NCBI GenBank assembly: GCA_965153285.1
Contig: OZ229110.1
Length of the DNA: 64,000 nucleotides
Direction: 5' to 3' (one strand)
From: Podarcis tiliguerta
Lineage: Eukaryota
Shown here: positions 26,901 through 38,767 of the stretch, in pieces
Position numbering within the stretch: the first letter of the stretch is position 1
Layout: the number at the start of each line of letters is the position of its first letter
Position numbers and translations under genes: made by a program
Notes under the pieces: generated by a model
The model's input: only the letters and a program-made list of their open reading frames with translations
The model's database searches: none
What the model was told of the DNA's origin: nothing

Positions 26901-27386
26901 ACTCTACTGTCAAGAATTCCATTACATCTCATGAGAGAAAATGCTAAGAGATTTTATGTTTGGTCAACCCCCCCCCAAAAAAACCCCCCATCCTTAACAG
27001 GAAGGGATTAAGTTCTAAACAAACTCAAACTTCAAGCTTTTAATCTACGTTTCTAGTATTTTTCCTCTGGTGTGGGGGAAGAATATGCTAAACTTCTGTG
27101 CAAGTTCCAGTGCTAGGTATTGAGATAAGCAAGAGAACATGCAGTTCAGAACAAGCTGTCTCAGGAGGTTGTGGAGCATGTGTCTCCATGAAGCTTCTCA
27201 AGGAAAGGTTGAACCAAGACATTGGCCTACATGACTCCTTTGATCTGTTCATGTTATACCATTCTGTATTCTGGAGGACAAACTTACCTTGGTTGTGTTC
27301 TAGTCTTGGTAATTGCAATGCCCCTCTATGCACATTTACTCGCAAATAATTATTTGTGTTTAATGGAGGCCTATTCCCATGTAAAA

Positions 27387-27741
27387 GGACGCGGGTGGCG
27401 CTGTGGGTTAAACCACAGAGCCTAGGACTTGCCGCTCAGAAGGTCAGCGGTTCGAATCCCTGCGACGGGGTGAGCTCCCATTGCTCGGTCCCAGCTCCTG
27501 CCAACCTAGCAGTTCGAAAGCACATCAAAGTGCAAGTAGATAAATAGGTACCGCTTCGGCGGGAAGGTAAACAGCGTTTCCGTGCACTGCTCTGGTTCGC
27601 CAGAAGCGGCTTAGTCATGCTGGCCACATGACCCAGAAGCTGTAAGCCGGCTCCCTCGGCCAATAAAGTGAGATGAGCGCCGCAACCCCAGATTGGGCCA
27701 CGACTGGACCTAATGGTCAGGGGTCCCTTTACCTTTACCTT
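27387..27741 (+). mobile_element. Sauria SINE, full length
   Basis: Head/B-box, (ACCTTT)n tail, 14-bp TSD tattcccatgtaaa. Confidence 0.93.
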
Positions 27742-28848
27742 TATTCCCATGTAAATATGTGCAATGTTGGATATATATTTTTCTTTATCTCAAATCTGCT
27801 GCCTATTGGCTTGTCTTTTTGCCATTTCATCATAGGTATAATATGCTACAACCATTGAATCTCTTTTCAAAGGTTTCTAGAGAAACTGTCTTTGAGTAAT
27901 AAAGAAAACCTAAAATCTGTATTACATGTCTGAACCATCTCATTATTCCAGTCTCAGCTGGACCACATATGATCTTTAGAAGAAAAGAGAATTACTAGAG
28001 GTTTTTTAAAAATTGCTGAATATGTGATGGATATCCTAAAGATGAATATTTCTAATTCAACAATATTTGAATAGCTTGGGAACCTCCCAGTTAGGACTCT
28101 TCCCCATTCCATCAACCACATGCATATTTTCCCCACTGAGGAAGGTAATAAGAACTAGACAAAGAAGGCTCATCTCTTGCTATATATATTTTGCATCACC
28201 TAATTTGTAAGAATAAATTGCTTTTTTTAAAAAAATAGGAAACTCCCTAACATTATAAAGACATGCAACTTATGAGTTAAAAGTTTGGGGACTTTGGTGG
28301 ATGGTTATAAATGTTTATTTATTGAAATATAACTCTATCATTATGTTGAGAAAAATACAAATTTACAGATAGTCCTGTGACACTAATATTCAAACTCACT
28401 GGATTTGTATTCATCTTCAGGCTTCTAGTGTAGGGAGTTGATGCAACTCAGAGCTCATTCCTTCTCAGGATGGTGCCTCTCTCTAGATCAGTAGGCAGGC
28501 TCAATGTATGAGCAACCATCTCACCAAGAGAGAGGCTCTATCATCCTGATGTGCCCCAGGTGCTGAACAGCTGTTAGAAACCATGGGTGCTTTTTGGACC
28601 TCTGGCATTTGATAAACATCTGTCTAGGCTCCTTGATGAACTTGAGGGCAAATCTCTAGGAAACAGTTGCTGGAATCCAGACATCAATTCATGATGAGAT
28701 CTGGGTGCTTGCAAATTACTGAAGTGCCAAGTCTGTCATGGAATTTAGGGCGAAACTGGTGCCATTAAACAATTTGGGAGCAGGTTAGCTAAGGAGTCAC
28801 CCAGTAAGTGTGCTTCTCAGATGGGGTACTGGGGTACTGAGAGTTCTG

Positions 28849-29375
28849 TATAATATTTTTTTATTTTCACAACCAATAAACAGACAATACAAACAAACAA
28901 ATACAAAACAAAAAATAAAAACAATACATACAAACAGTATAAAATACAGTGTACAAAAAATAAAAATAAAAAAATTAAAGAAAAGATTAAAAACAATTAT
29001 TGTGTCTTTGCATTTTTTAACATTAGCTTAGGTCTACAACTTCCCCAGACCTTCCCACTCTGTATTCTAGATCTTATATTCTGACAGTAAATTCTTTCCC
29101 TCTGGCATATCTTTGGTTCAACTTAATCTTAATATCTTAACATAATTGCATTTCCATATATCTTAAAACATTAGTCTTTCTTAATCGTTAAATTTTTATG
29201 CTAATATTCTTTTAAATTCAATCTGATGTCCTCAAACATTCTTTATCTTATAATGCTTCTGTAAGTAGTCTTTAAACTTCCTCCAATCTTCCTTCGCCAT
29301 CTCTTCTCCCTGGTCTCTGATTCTGCCAGTCATTTCTGCTAATTCCATGTAGTCGATAAGCTTCATCTGCCATTC
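28849..29375 (-). mobile_element. 5'-truncated L1-like LINE (ORF2 end + 3'UTR)
   Basis: EWQMKLIDYMELAEMTGRIRDQGEEMAKEDWRKFKDYLQKH on minus strand; perfect 18-bp TSD ggggtactgagagttctg (28831-28848/29376-29393). Confidence 0.82.
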
Positions 29376-31078
29376 GGGGTACTGAGAGTTCTGCATGCCC
29401 TAGAGGTACACTTCATTTTTACTAGAAACCAAGCTTTTAGTGTTGCTTCTCCAACCCCCTGGAATCAGCTGCCATTGGAATAGGACTTGAGCATGAACTT
29501 TGATTTAGACAAATGAGAAAGGGAGCGACGTGTGGAAGGAGATAAAGAAAAGTGAAACAGCAAAAGGGTAGGAAGAGGAGTACTAAAGAGAGAGAGGGGG
29601 GAAAAAATCTGGAAATTAGGGGAAATGCAGCTGTCAGGAAACAAAGGAGGAGGCAGTGACCTATGATCAAGTGGAAGATCAGCAACTCCATTGGAAAGTA
29701 TATGTTTATCTGCCAGCAGAACATCTAAAAGCATGTGGAATTTGGGGATATTAAATTAGTCCAAGCTTAGAGGTCAGAAATAGAGAAATACATCTGAGTC
29801 ATCGGTGCAAAGATTGTACTTTTAAATATAGCAACTTGTTAGGCTGAAAAAGAGGTAGCGGGTAGGGCTCAGAGATAGGAGGAGAAGGCAGTTCTTAATG
29901 CAACAGTGTTAATTCATAATGCTGCAGTGAGAAAAAGGGTAATGCTTTTCACCTGACAAAATGCCTTGGGGCATTAATTTTCGGATGGAAAATGACCCAG
30001 CCTATGTCTAAGTTATGTCTGAATATGAATTTGATAATGGAACTTGTAGATCTTTTGAGCTGGGTCTGTAACTTCTTGTACTGCTGGTTTTTTTTTTTTT
30101 AAAAGTAAAATACATAATCGTACTACATTACATATGCATATATCAAGTTCTCATTACATCTGCAAAATAGCAACGATATGGTCCAGTATCTTACAGTTTT
30201 CATACATTGAAAGTAATTTAACCCATCCATTCTGTCCCTATGCTGAATCTGTTTTATAACTATATATATTTTCATTTCTGCCACTTGTCAGACTGAAAGT
30301 ATTCTTTTTTTAGGCTGGAATATTTTATTCTCAGTGTCTACTGCATGCAGGTTTTTTGTTTGCTTCCATTAATTAATAAGGAAGAAAAGCACTGTGCAAC
30401 CCACCAAAATTGAAGCTGCTTGCTTCACTTATTCTGTCTCTGTGTACCATTGTGTGTTAAGTTTATAGATGTATCGTCTGCCAAATGATGGGTGCTGCTT
30501 GAGTAGGGAATGGTCTTCAAGTTCTGAGGAAGACCCATGTTTTCAACTTCGAACTAGGAAAATGGAGAATTCCTGACAGAGGCATTGCATGTGGCACCTT
30601 GCTGTCAGTCTTCTCGACATGTACTTGAGCTGTAATGAAAATGTGCTCCTTTCTGAATTTAGTTACTGAATTGGTACATACAGCATTAATTGAAAATCTT
30701 TAAGTCGCCGGGTTACCCTTCACATTGTCTCATTTTTTCATGATTTGTTCGCTTTGATATTCACTGAACACAAGTCCTTGCAAAATGAAACACTCCTGGA
30801 ACCGAAGCACTACTTCATGGAAGAACATCTGAATTGTTCATAGGAAATTGATTATGGATTCTGCATGAATTATTTGAGAACTGAATCCATTTTGAGTAGC
30901 CCAACCATCTCTGACTCTAGACTCCTCCAGATGTTTTGGACACCAGCTCCCATCGTCCCTGACCATGGATCATGGTCGCTGGCGCTGGAATTTGGGGGGC
31001 CCATTTATATGAACAGCACCAGGCTGGGGAAGGCTGGAGCTGCTCTTCTTTTTATCTGCTTCTAGAACCGTGTTTTAA

Positions 31079-31436
31079 GGGATGCGAGTGGCGCTGTGGG
31101 TTAAAGCCTCAGTGCCTAGGGCTTGCCGATCGAAAGGTCGGCAGTTCGAATCCCCGCGGCGGGGTGCGCTCCCGCTGTTCGGTCCCAGCGCCTGCCAACC
31201 TAGCAGTTCGAAAGCACTCTCGGGTGCAAGTAGATAAATAGGGACCGCTTACTAGCGGGAAGGTAAACGGCGTTTCCGTGTGCGGCTCTGGCTCGCCAGA
31301 GCAGCGATGTCACGCTGGCCACGTGACCCGGAAGTGTCTTCGGACAGCGCTGGCCCTTGGCCTCTTTGAGTGAGATGGGCACACAACCCTAGAGTCTGTC
31401 AAGACTGGCCCGTACGGGCAGGGGTACCTTTACCTT
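31079..31436 (+). mobile_element. Sauria SINE, full length (same subfamily as 1441-1806)
   Basis: 15-bp TSD tagaaccgtgtttta; shares the diagnostic 3' end GACTGGCCCGTACGGGCAGGGGTACC with the 1441 copy. Confidence 0.93.
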
Positions 31437-31761
31437 TAGAACCGTGTTTTACTAAGTTTTTGTCATTTTAGTATACCAATTTTAAAAGATTAAGTAGCTT
31501 AGAAATGCTTTTTTAATGACTTTATTTAAAATAAAATAGACCGCATAGGTCTAGATGGGACAAATAGTCTGATGTGGCATGAGGTTGATTTGTATGTTCC
31601 TGACAACTACACATTGATTATGCGAAGAAATAAATTGTCTAGAAAGACCTTTTGGTTCATCTGCTAATGAATACTAGAATGGTTTTACCCTTCATAGAGA
31701 TGTATTTTCCTTCTCATACATGTGTTTGTGCTATCCTCTGATTCAGTGTTTTGTCTAGCAG

Positions 31762-31847
31762 GGCAACCGCCACAGAAGGGCACCTGAATGGATTCCAGAA
31801 TAGCCTTAACAGTGCTAAATCCTGTGAGCCACTCACAAACTCCAAAG
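31762..31847 (+). CDS. TTLL5: TTLL5 coding exon (tandem TAGCAG acceptor; alternative start 31759)
   Basis: tagcag|G GCA ACC...TCCAAAG|gtgaga; ATATEGHLNGFQNSLNSAKSCEPLTNSK resembles mammalian SAEGQLNGLQSSLN. Confidence 0.88.
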
Positions 31848-32536
31848 GTGAGAGAACCAAGGCATTGCAGCCAACCTTTTTTTTGGTTTTCCATTTGCAT
31901 TGTAACTTGCCTGCCCTGACAAGAATCATGGAATTGTAGAGTTGGAAGGGACCCAAAGGGTCATCGTTTTGACCCCCTGCAATACAGGAATCAGTTTTCA
32001 GCCATGACCTCAGTCAACATGAAATGTCATAAAATAGGGTTGCCATATTTCAAACAGTGAAAATCCGGACAGTTGTTGAGCTTTTTAGGCCAAAAAAAAA
32101 AAAAAAAATGCAATTTTTAGCTACTTTTTATGGCAGTCTTTAAGAAAATAGGGCCTATCCACTCCATGCTGCAGAAAAGGAGTAGTCCTTGCTTGTGCCA
32201 GGCATACGTCATGTTGGGCGGAACTTTTTCTGAATTTTTAATTGAGGAATGAAGAAAGCACTCAATAACATTTCCACTTTTAACTAAAGTGGGGGGAGTG
32301 TTTTCTTGTCCTGAATCCATATTAGCACTAGAGCTACATTTCCCACCCCTGAAAAGCTCAAATACCAAAATGGAACATCTCCAAGCCAACTTACTTTTAT
32401 CTGTCATGCTGGTGAGTACGTTGAAATCCCCTTCACTATATGGAGTACACACTCAGCTTCTCATGGTGTTGCAGTTTGATTTCGCATCAGGTCATTGTCG
32501 TCTTTTCTGGAATTGGTGGATGATAAGCCAAGTGGA

Positions 32537-32893
32537 GGGACGCGGGTGGCGCTGTGGGTTAAACCACAGCGCCTAGGACTTGCCGATCAGAAGGTCAGCG
32601 GTTCGAATCCCCGCAACGGGGTGAGCTCCCGTTGTTCAGTCCCTGCTCCTGCCAACCTAGCAGTTCGAAAGCACGTCAGAGTGCAAGTAGATAAATAGGT
32701 ACCGCTCCAGCAGGAAGGTAAACGGTGTTTCTGTGCGCTGCTCTGGTTCGCCAGAAGCGGCATAGTCATGCTGACCACATGACCCGGAAGCTGTACGCCA
32801 GCTCCCTCGGCCAATAAAGTGAGATGAGCGCCACAACCCCAGAGTCGGTCAAGACTGGACCTAATGGTCAGGGGTCCCTTTACCTTTACCTTT
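32537..32893 (+). mobile_element. Sauria SINE, full length
   Basis: TSD taagccaagt; (ACCTTT)n tail; ends about 80 bp before the TTLL5 acceptor at 32976. Confidence 0.93.
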
Positions 32894-32975
32894 TAAGCCA
32901 AGTAGAAAAGAGGTTTTAGTACCAAGAAGCAGAGGAACCTGCCCCATGCTAAGCCATTTTTTCCCCATTTTCCAG

Positions 32976-33100
32976 GTCTTTTGGAAGCTTCCCCCCACAT
33001 TATTTTCGCCAGAACTAGACCTTTGTCCAGCCGATCCAGAGCCACTGATTCACTTGTAGGGCAGAGAAAGAAAAGGCCAGTGGAGGGAGGGCCAGCTTAA
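32976..33100 (+). CDS. TTLL5: TTLL5 stop-containing exon (long C-terminal isoform)
   Basis: ttttccag|GT CTT...; in phase 1 reads GLLEASPHIIFARTRPLSSRSRATDSLVGQRKKRPVEGGPA-TAA, then G|gtaaca; resembles the recalled rodent Ttll5 tail (..EAPQVIFARSKPL..GQRK..). Confidence 0.75.
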
Positions 33101-33195
33101 GGTAACAGAAGATTCACCTGCGCCTCCTTTCCTTCCATAATTGAGTAGAGTAAAAGGGGCATATCCCCCCGAGAACATGTGAGGGTGGGACTTTT

Positions 33196-33380
33196 TGTGA
33201 AAGGGAAAAGACTAGGCACAATAAAGACCTGTAGCAAGTCTGTTCATAGTAATATGTCACTTGCCAGCATATTCTAAGAAATAAATAATGGATTCTATAT
33301 TGTCAGAGCTGGCAAGTGACATATTACTATGAACAGACTTGCTACAGGTCTTTATTGTGCCTAGTCTTTTCCCTTTCACA
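33196..33380. repeat. Perfect 73-bp inverted repeat with 39-bp spacer
   Basis: 33196-33268 is the exact reverse complement of 33308-33380. Confidence 0.97.
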
Positions 33381-33864
33381 GAATTTGCCCATACCTTGAA
33401 TTCTACAATTGTGCCTATTATATCTTTATTGATTAAGGCAGGGCTTTCAGCAATGTTCAGTTACCTTCACTAGTTTCTTCTCTGCTTTGCTTTCTTTTAA
33501 ATCCATTTTCTGCACACGTGCTACTCTGTAGAATGCAGCCCCCTTCAAATGAATGGAAATTTTAATTGTAGCACTTGTTTTGCTTTCCAAATCTGTCCCC
33601 AAAGTACTATTGGGAGGCAAAAACTCATCTCCCTGGGAGGCACTTGGGGCAGTAAGATCCCCTATGCAGGGTGGGCAGCCTCATAAAGAAGTTTCCTAGA
33701 AGGCAATGGAGAGAATCTTCTCTATGTGAGCAGGGACTGCTTTCCAAGGCATCACCTGAGAAGTCTTCTCCCAATAGGATTTTAATCTGAGTTTGAGAAA
33801 AATATGGAGTGCTTTTGATTCTTTTTAGGCAAATGTTACTGAGCCCCTGAAGTTCATTTTCAGG

Positions 33865-33937
33865 GTGGAGCCTAGTGAATTTTGGCAGCATCTATATAAT
33901 CTGTGGAGCCTAGTGAATTTTGGCAGCATCTATAATC
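33865..33937 (+). repeat. Local tandem duplication (period 38)
   Basis: gtggagcctagtgaattttggcagcatctata occurs at 33865 and 33903. Confidence 0.9.
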
Positions 33938-34489
33938 CTGACTATATCCAGGTTTTCCATCATCTATATTGTAGGTTTAGGTTCCCAGGGCTTCTATAAA
34001 GTCAGAAGAGTTCTGTACATCACCACTCTTAAGTATGCATTTTTTGTGTTGAAAACTCTGGCCTCTGAGAGCCTTGGCTCTTAGTTCCAGAAAGCTCCTC
34101 ATTGTCAGCTATATCTTTAAATCCTTCAGCAGGAGCAGCTGGAAACAGGAATCCCTCCAATTTCTGTGCAGTGATGCATTCCTTCCTGCACAATAGTAAT
34201 CCCTTTTAATTCCGTTCCTCATTTTCACCTTCCTGCCTCTCTTGCTTACGATAACTGACAGCATAAGTTGTCTTGAGTCTGAAACCTCCCTTCCAATGAC
34301 ATTTCAGGTGGGAGGCTGCAGAACTGGCTCTGTAACAAATTTTTGTGCATCAACTTTTCTTTCCAATTGTGGGGGAAATAACTGGAGGATGAGTTTCAGT
34401 GGAATAATAGCATGAAGGTGAAAAGGTTAAGAAACCCCTCTGCCCTTTGCCAGTTTTCCACTTCAGATTGCAGCCTCAGCAACTTCATA

Positions 34490-34493
<4 letters not shown>

Positions 34494-34527
<34 letters not shown>
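34494..34527 (+). repeat. (AG)n microsatellite
   Basis: Seen directly. Confidence 0.95.
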
Positions 34528-34528
<1 letters not shown>

Positions 34529-35474
34529 ACAAATACCCCAGTGAAAAATGAACTATGGAACTGTATGTAACGTGTCATTCCATCCTTAGGTTTCCTTAGT
34601 AAGCAGTTACAGTTCTAAAATCAACCATCGTTCACAATTGCAACTGTTTATTCAATGATCATATTTTCAGTTGAAGTTGATTGAATCCCGGCAAAGTTGA
34701 AAGCTGCTTTCTCAAGAGAGCATCTGGTGAATAATGTCCAACACTGTAGCCCCCTTCCCCACTAAATCTGAGGGTTGGTGCTTGCTTCTAGTGAGTAACG
34801 AATAGATACTTTTAATCCTCAACTGGTGAGAATGACCTGCCCCTCGTACTTTGGGTCAGCCACTTTGTCTTTGTTTTACAAGAGGAAGAAGATGTTTCCT
34901 GTTATCTGCTGGTTTTATGCTGCAAAGAGTCCAAATAATCCAAGTCTGCAGAGTATTTCTCTGCTGTAAAAAACACTTTTGGAACTCTGGAATGAGAGAA
35001 AAAGTAGTGTGTCAAACCAGCTCCCTGAGTCGAGAGCAGAGTAGGATGAGTGATTTGAGATGGAATAATCTTGGACTATACCATTTCAGCCTGCAGATAA
35101 GGTTCTTTGTTTTTAATGATTCCCTCCATTTTTTCAACAAAACATATCCCATGATAAGCTGGCACATTTGAGAGAGAAGATTTGCAAATCTCTCTTGATG
35201 ATGTGTTTGTTTATTGCATGGGTGACAATTCATCTTGATCTTGTATATGTGATACTGAGCAAGGGAATTCCAGACCCACTCCTTCCTAGTACATTCCCCT
35301 GAACCTTCTGAAAAGCTTTTGCTCTTAAAAATTACTTACTATTTGATTGGGGCTATTTGCCTCTCCTCCAACAACCTCCAAGCCTTCACAGAGGGTTCTC
35401 TGACCCTCAGAGGAGACTTTTGAAGGGGTGCAAGAGACGATAACATGGCGAAGAGGGCCAAGAATCCCCTTGCC

Positions 35475-35643
35475 CAGTGGCGTAGTGTGGGGGGTGCAGG
35501 GGGGGCCGGCCCCACCAGGCGCAACATTTGGGGGATAGGGTTAGGGGGCGCAAATTCACGGGTTAGGGGGCGCAAATCCACGGGTTAGGGGGCACAAATT
35601 ACTTGCCTTGCCCCGGGTGCTGACAACCCACGCTACGCCACTG
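35475..35643. mobile_element. hAT-type MITE (CAGTGGCGTAG TIR family)
   Basis: TIR CAGTGGCGTAGTGTGG/CCACGCTACGCCACTG; 8-bp TSD cccttgcc. Confidence 0.88.
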
Positions 35644-35699
35644 CCCTTGCCCAAGAATCCCCTAGCATTGGATAGAAATCATTGCCATTTATGTTTAAT

Positions 35700-35975
35700 A
35701 AATTATATGATTTCCCCTTCAATTTTTTTAAATACATGCCCTTCTCAAACCTTAGCTCATCTGTAAGCTCCTTAAGCAGCCACAGCGGTTTCTTTAGAGG
35801 CCTCCCACTTTTCTTTCTTGTTAGAATTGTCTGCATTGGGGCCTTCAATATTTCACCTTTAAGAAATTCCCATCCATCTTGGACTCCCTTCTCTTTGAGT
35901 ATTTCTGACCTTAGGATCACATCCAGTGGTTTCTTAAGCTGTTTGAAATCAGCCTTCTTAATCAAGCTCAGATAG
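35700..35975 (-). mobile_element. CR1 LINE ORF2 internal fragment
   Basis: KKADFKQLK...ILKEKGVQDGWEFLKGEILKA..QTI..RKKSGR.LKKPLWL. Confidence 0.85.
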
Positions 35976-37228
35976 TGGTTCTGTTATGCACAAAACATTT
36001 TTCATGCATGGCAATATTCCCAAAAGGTCACTCCTGTGATCAAAATATCAATGTAGGGCAAACCAACAAAAAGTTACATCTTTGGCTACTCATGAATCAG
36101 GCATAGAGCATCTGGAAATGATTAAGTATCTGTGTGTATTAAGATGCATTGTAATGTGTGTGGGTATGGGGGGGGGGTGTGCTGGGAGCTTGCAAACTAA
36201 ACTTGTAATGTGTGAAGTGGCCTTGGGATGTCCAGAATCCTCAAAGCCTATGAACTGAGTAGGACGGGGGAAAGGCAACGACTCATTCATTAGCTCAAAC
36301 AGTTATTACAATATAGCAGGGTTTAACTCAAGCAAAAAAAGAAAGTGAAAAAAATATGGTCACAAAATAATTATTTCCATAGCAGACTTTAGTCACAGAT
36401 ATACATGTTTTTGCATACTAGTATTAAAGCAATGTGGGGTTGAAATAGAAGTTTTATCCTAACTCTAATGCTACTGTTACAAGGCCAATAATTTTTCTGT
36501 GAGTGCTGGCATTTGCAGTATTCCTTAAGTTAAAGTATAAATGCTTGCCATACACAGAGGTGGAGTTGATAGCATGGGAATTCACTTAACTTGGTACTGT
36601 ACCAAAAGTTTCTGTTCAGTGACCCAGCTTTTAATATTTCATAGCTAATATGCTTGTTCTGTTGGACCAGGCATTGCTCACAAAGACTTCAATTCTGGCC
36701 CAGATACCATTCCAAATTCCATGGGTTCGTGTGATGCTTGACACTTAAGGAGACAGATTCGTCTTTGTAAAATGCTGCTAATATTCTTAGTGCTACTCAA
36801 GGTAGATTACACAGAGCAATCAAGTGATTTTAGCAATACTTGCTACATGTGTAGCGCAAGTTATGAGAGGCCATAGCTCAGTGGCAGAGAGCATCTCCTT
36901 TGCATGCGGAAGGTGGCAGCTTCAGTCTCCCAGGAAATAGCAGGTACCTGTTTCCCTAGAGCAAGCTTGCACTTACTGTGAGAAAGCAGTCATGTGATTG
37001 CTGATCCCTGCCAATCATATAGACTATTCTAGAATAGTGGAGTCTCTTCTTCCGTCTGCACGGCAGGGATCAGAACCACCACAGCAGCATTTCCTCTGCC
37101 TGCAGCTAACACTATCTGGAATTATCCTGTCTGGTTTTGTAACTTGTGTCAAGGAAGACTCCTGTATCCTGTGGCTCATGCACATATCTCTGGAACCATT
37201 AACCAGCTTTCCTTTGTCTCCCTTTCAG

Positions 37229-37257
37229 CTCCCGGTTGCACTTACTTTCTGAAGTGA
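37229..37257 (+). CDS. TTLL5: Probable TTLL5 terminal exon, coding part of short isoform (APGCTYFLK*), followed by 3'UTR to about 37815
   Basis: Strong acceptor cctttgtctccctttcag|; phase-1 short ORF to TGA; AATAAA about 540 nt downstream; position fits the syntenic spacing to TGFB3. Confidence 0.55.
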
Positions 37258-37793
37258 AGGATTAATCCTCAATAACGGGTGGACAAACAATCCAGTGCGT
37301 CAGCATGCAAGGAAGAGATGAAGCAGGGATGAGCGCTCATCATTCCACACTCCTGGCAACACCCAGATTGACAGCAAGACCTGGTCGCACACTCCAGAAT
37401 TTTCCCCACTGAAAGGAGAGCAGAGCAGCAGAGTGTTTCTGAAAGAGCTGTTGGAGCCCTGACTTGAGGCTTTCTAGTTCCGCTGAGCTTTTGCTGCTTA
37501 AGCCTCAGGCCTTCCTTTGCATTCTATATCACATCTTCCATCAACTAGTCAAGCTTATGACTCACATAAGACAGGAGCTCTTAATGGTGTCTGTATTATG
37601 TATCCTGAGGCCCAGGTTTCTCCATCCACTCAGTCATTTTGACTCACTTTGAGGACAATCAAGGTTCTCTATCAGGTACTGGGCAGCTTTCACCACCAGT
37701 GGCACAAGAAGCTGAAATGCTGACTTGACTATAGACACTTCTGCTGGCTGCTATCTTGAATTTTGACAGAAAGCCATAGAAATGCTCAGTCTG

Positions 37794-37799
37794 AATAAA
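37794..37799 (+). terminator. Probable TTLL5 polyadenylation signal
   Basis: AATAAA followed by T/GT-rich sequence (tcattttgtttgtttag). Confidence 0.6.
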
Positions 37800-38700
37800 G
37801 TCATTCATTTTGTTTGTTTAGCTTAAAATTTACATTTATTATGCTGGGTAAAAGTCCTTCCAATTAGTTGACATTTAATTTTACTCCAGTGGGAGGCTTT
37901 ATTATTATTCATGCATTACGTTGATTTTCCCTTGCATTTCTTTACGTTTCTTATGTTTCCGTGCTGAAGTTGTGTTTCCAGAGCCCAGACTGATCCCACT
38001 AATAGGGTTCTGTCACTTCAGATCAGCTGCGTGAGCATGGAAACAGTACATTATTTATCATTTCCACACCATTCGCCATTCTAAGTGTTTTACATTTGTC
38101 CTGTGAGGTAAGCTGGACTTGGAGAGAGTCTTGCAAACCAAACAAACATCTTACTCAGTCACAGAACAGGAGTTTGTCCCTGTTCATTTCTGCCCAAACT
38201 GGCCACTCTGTTCATTACACTGCCCTTACTACTTGCAAGCTTAACAGCAAAATCCCATGCCTGTCTTCTCAGGGTCACTGTGTTCAGCTGGGCTTGCTCT
38301 CAGGGGAGTTTACATAGGCTCACAGACTGTTCAGTATTGAGGTTTCTTTCTAATTGTGATATTGTCTTTTTCTCTCTCCTGATATTGACTAGAGAAAATC
38401 ACAGTTTGCAGTCCCCACCCAGCATAACAGTCCACACTGTGTAGGAATCTTGCCATCCCAGGGAACTGCTTCCTACATGCTAGAGCTACATCGTACCTGG
38501 ACAGATAGTAGGGAAACACGTACTTGGGCTGACTCTTAGTGAATATTTTAGTACTGTCATGAATCTCTGGGGAGAAAAGGGCAGCATCACTCAAGTTTTC
38601 TCCTATGACATTCGTATTGTCTCCACCCCACATAAAGTTGGAGAGTTAGCTGAAGTTGTGGACTAAATTGCAGATGTTTCCTAACTGGTTTGTCACATGG

Positions 38701-38767
38701 TAAACAAGCTGTTTTAAGTGCTAAAACTGGTCAGTGCTAAACAAGCTGTTTTAAGTGCTAAAACTGG
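38701..38767 (+). repeat. 30-bp direct duplication with 7-bp spacer
   Basis: taaacaagctgttttaagtgctaaaactgg at 38701 and 38738. Confidence 0.9.

Noticed and set aside
33865-38767. Short direct repeats as a possible CRISPR-like array
   Set aside because: Only two copies each, unrelated to one another, no spacer series, eukaryotic context; simple local duplications.
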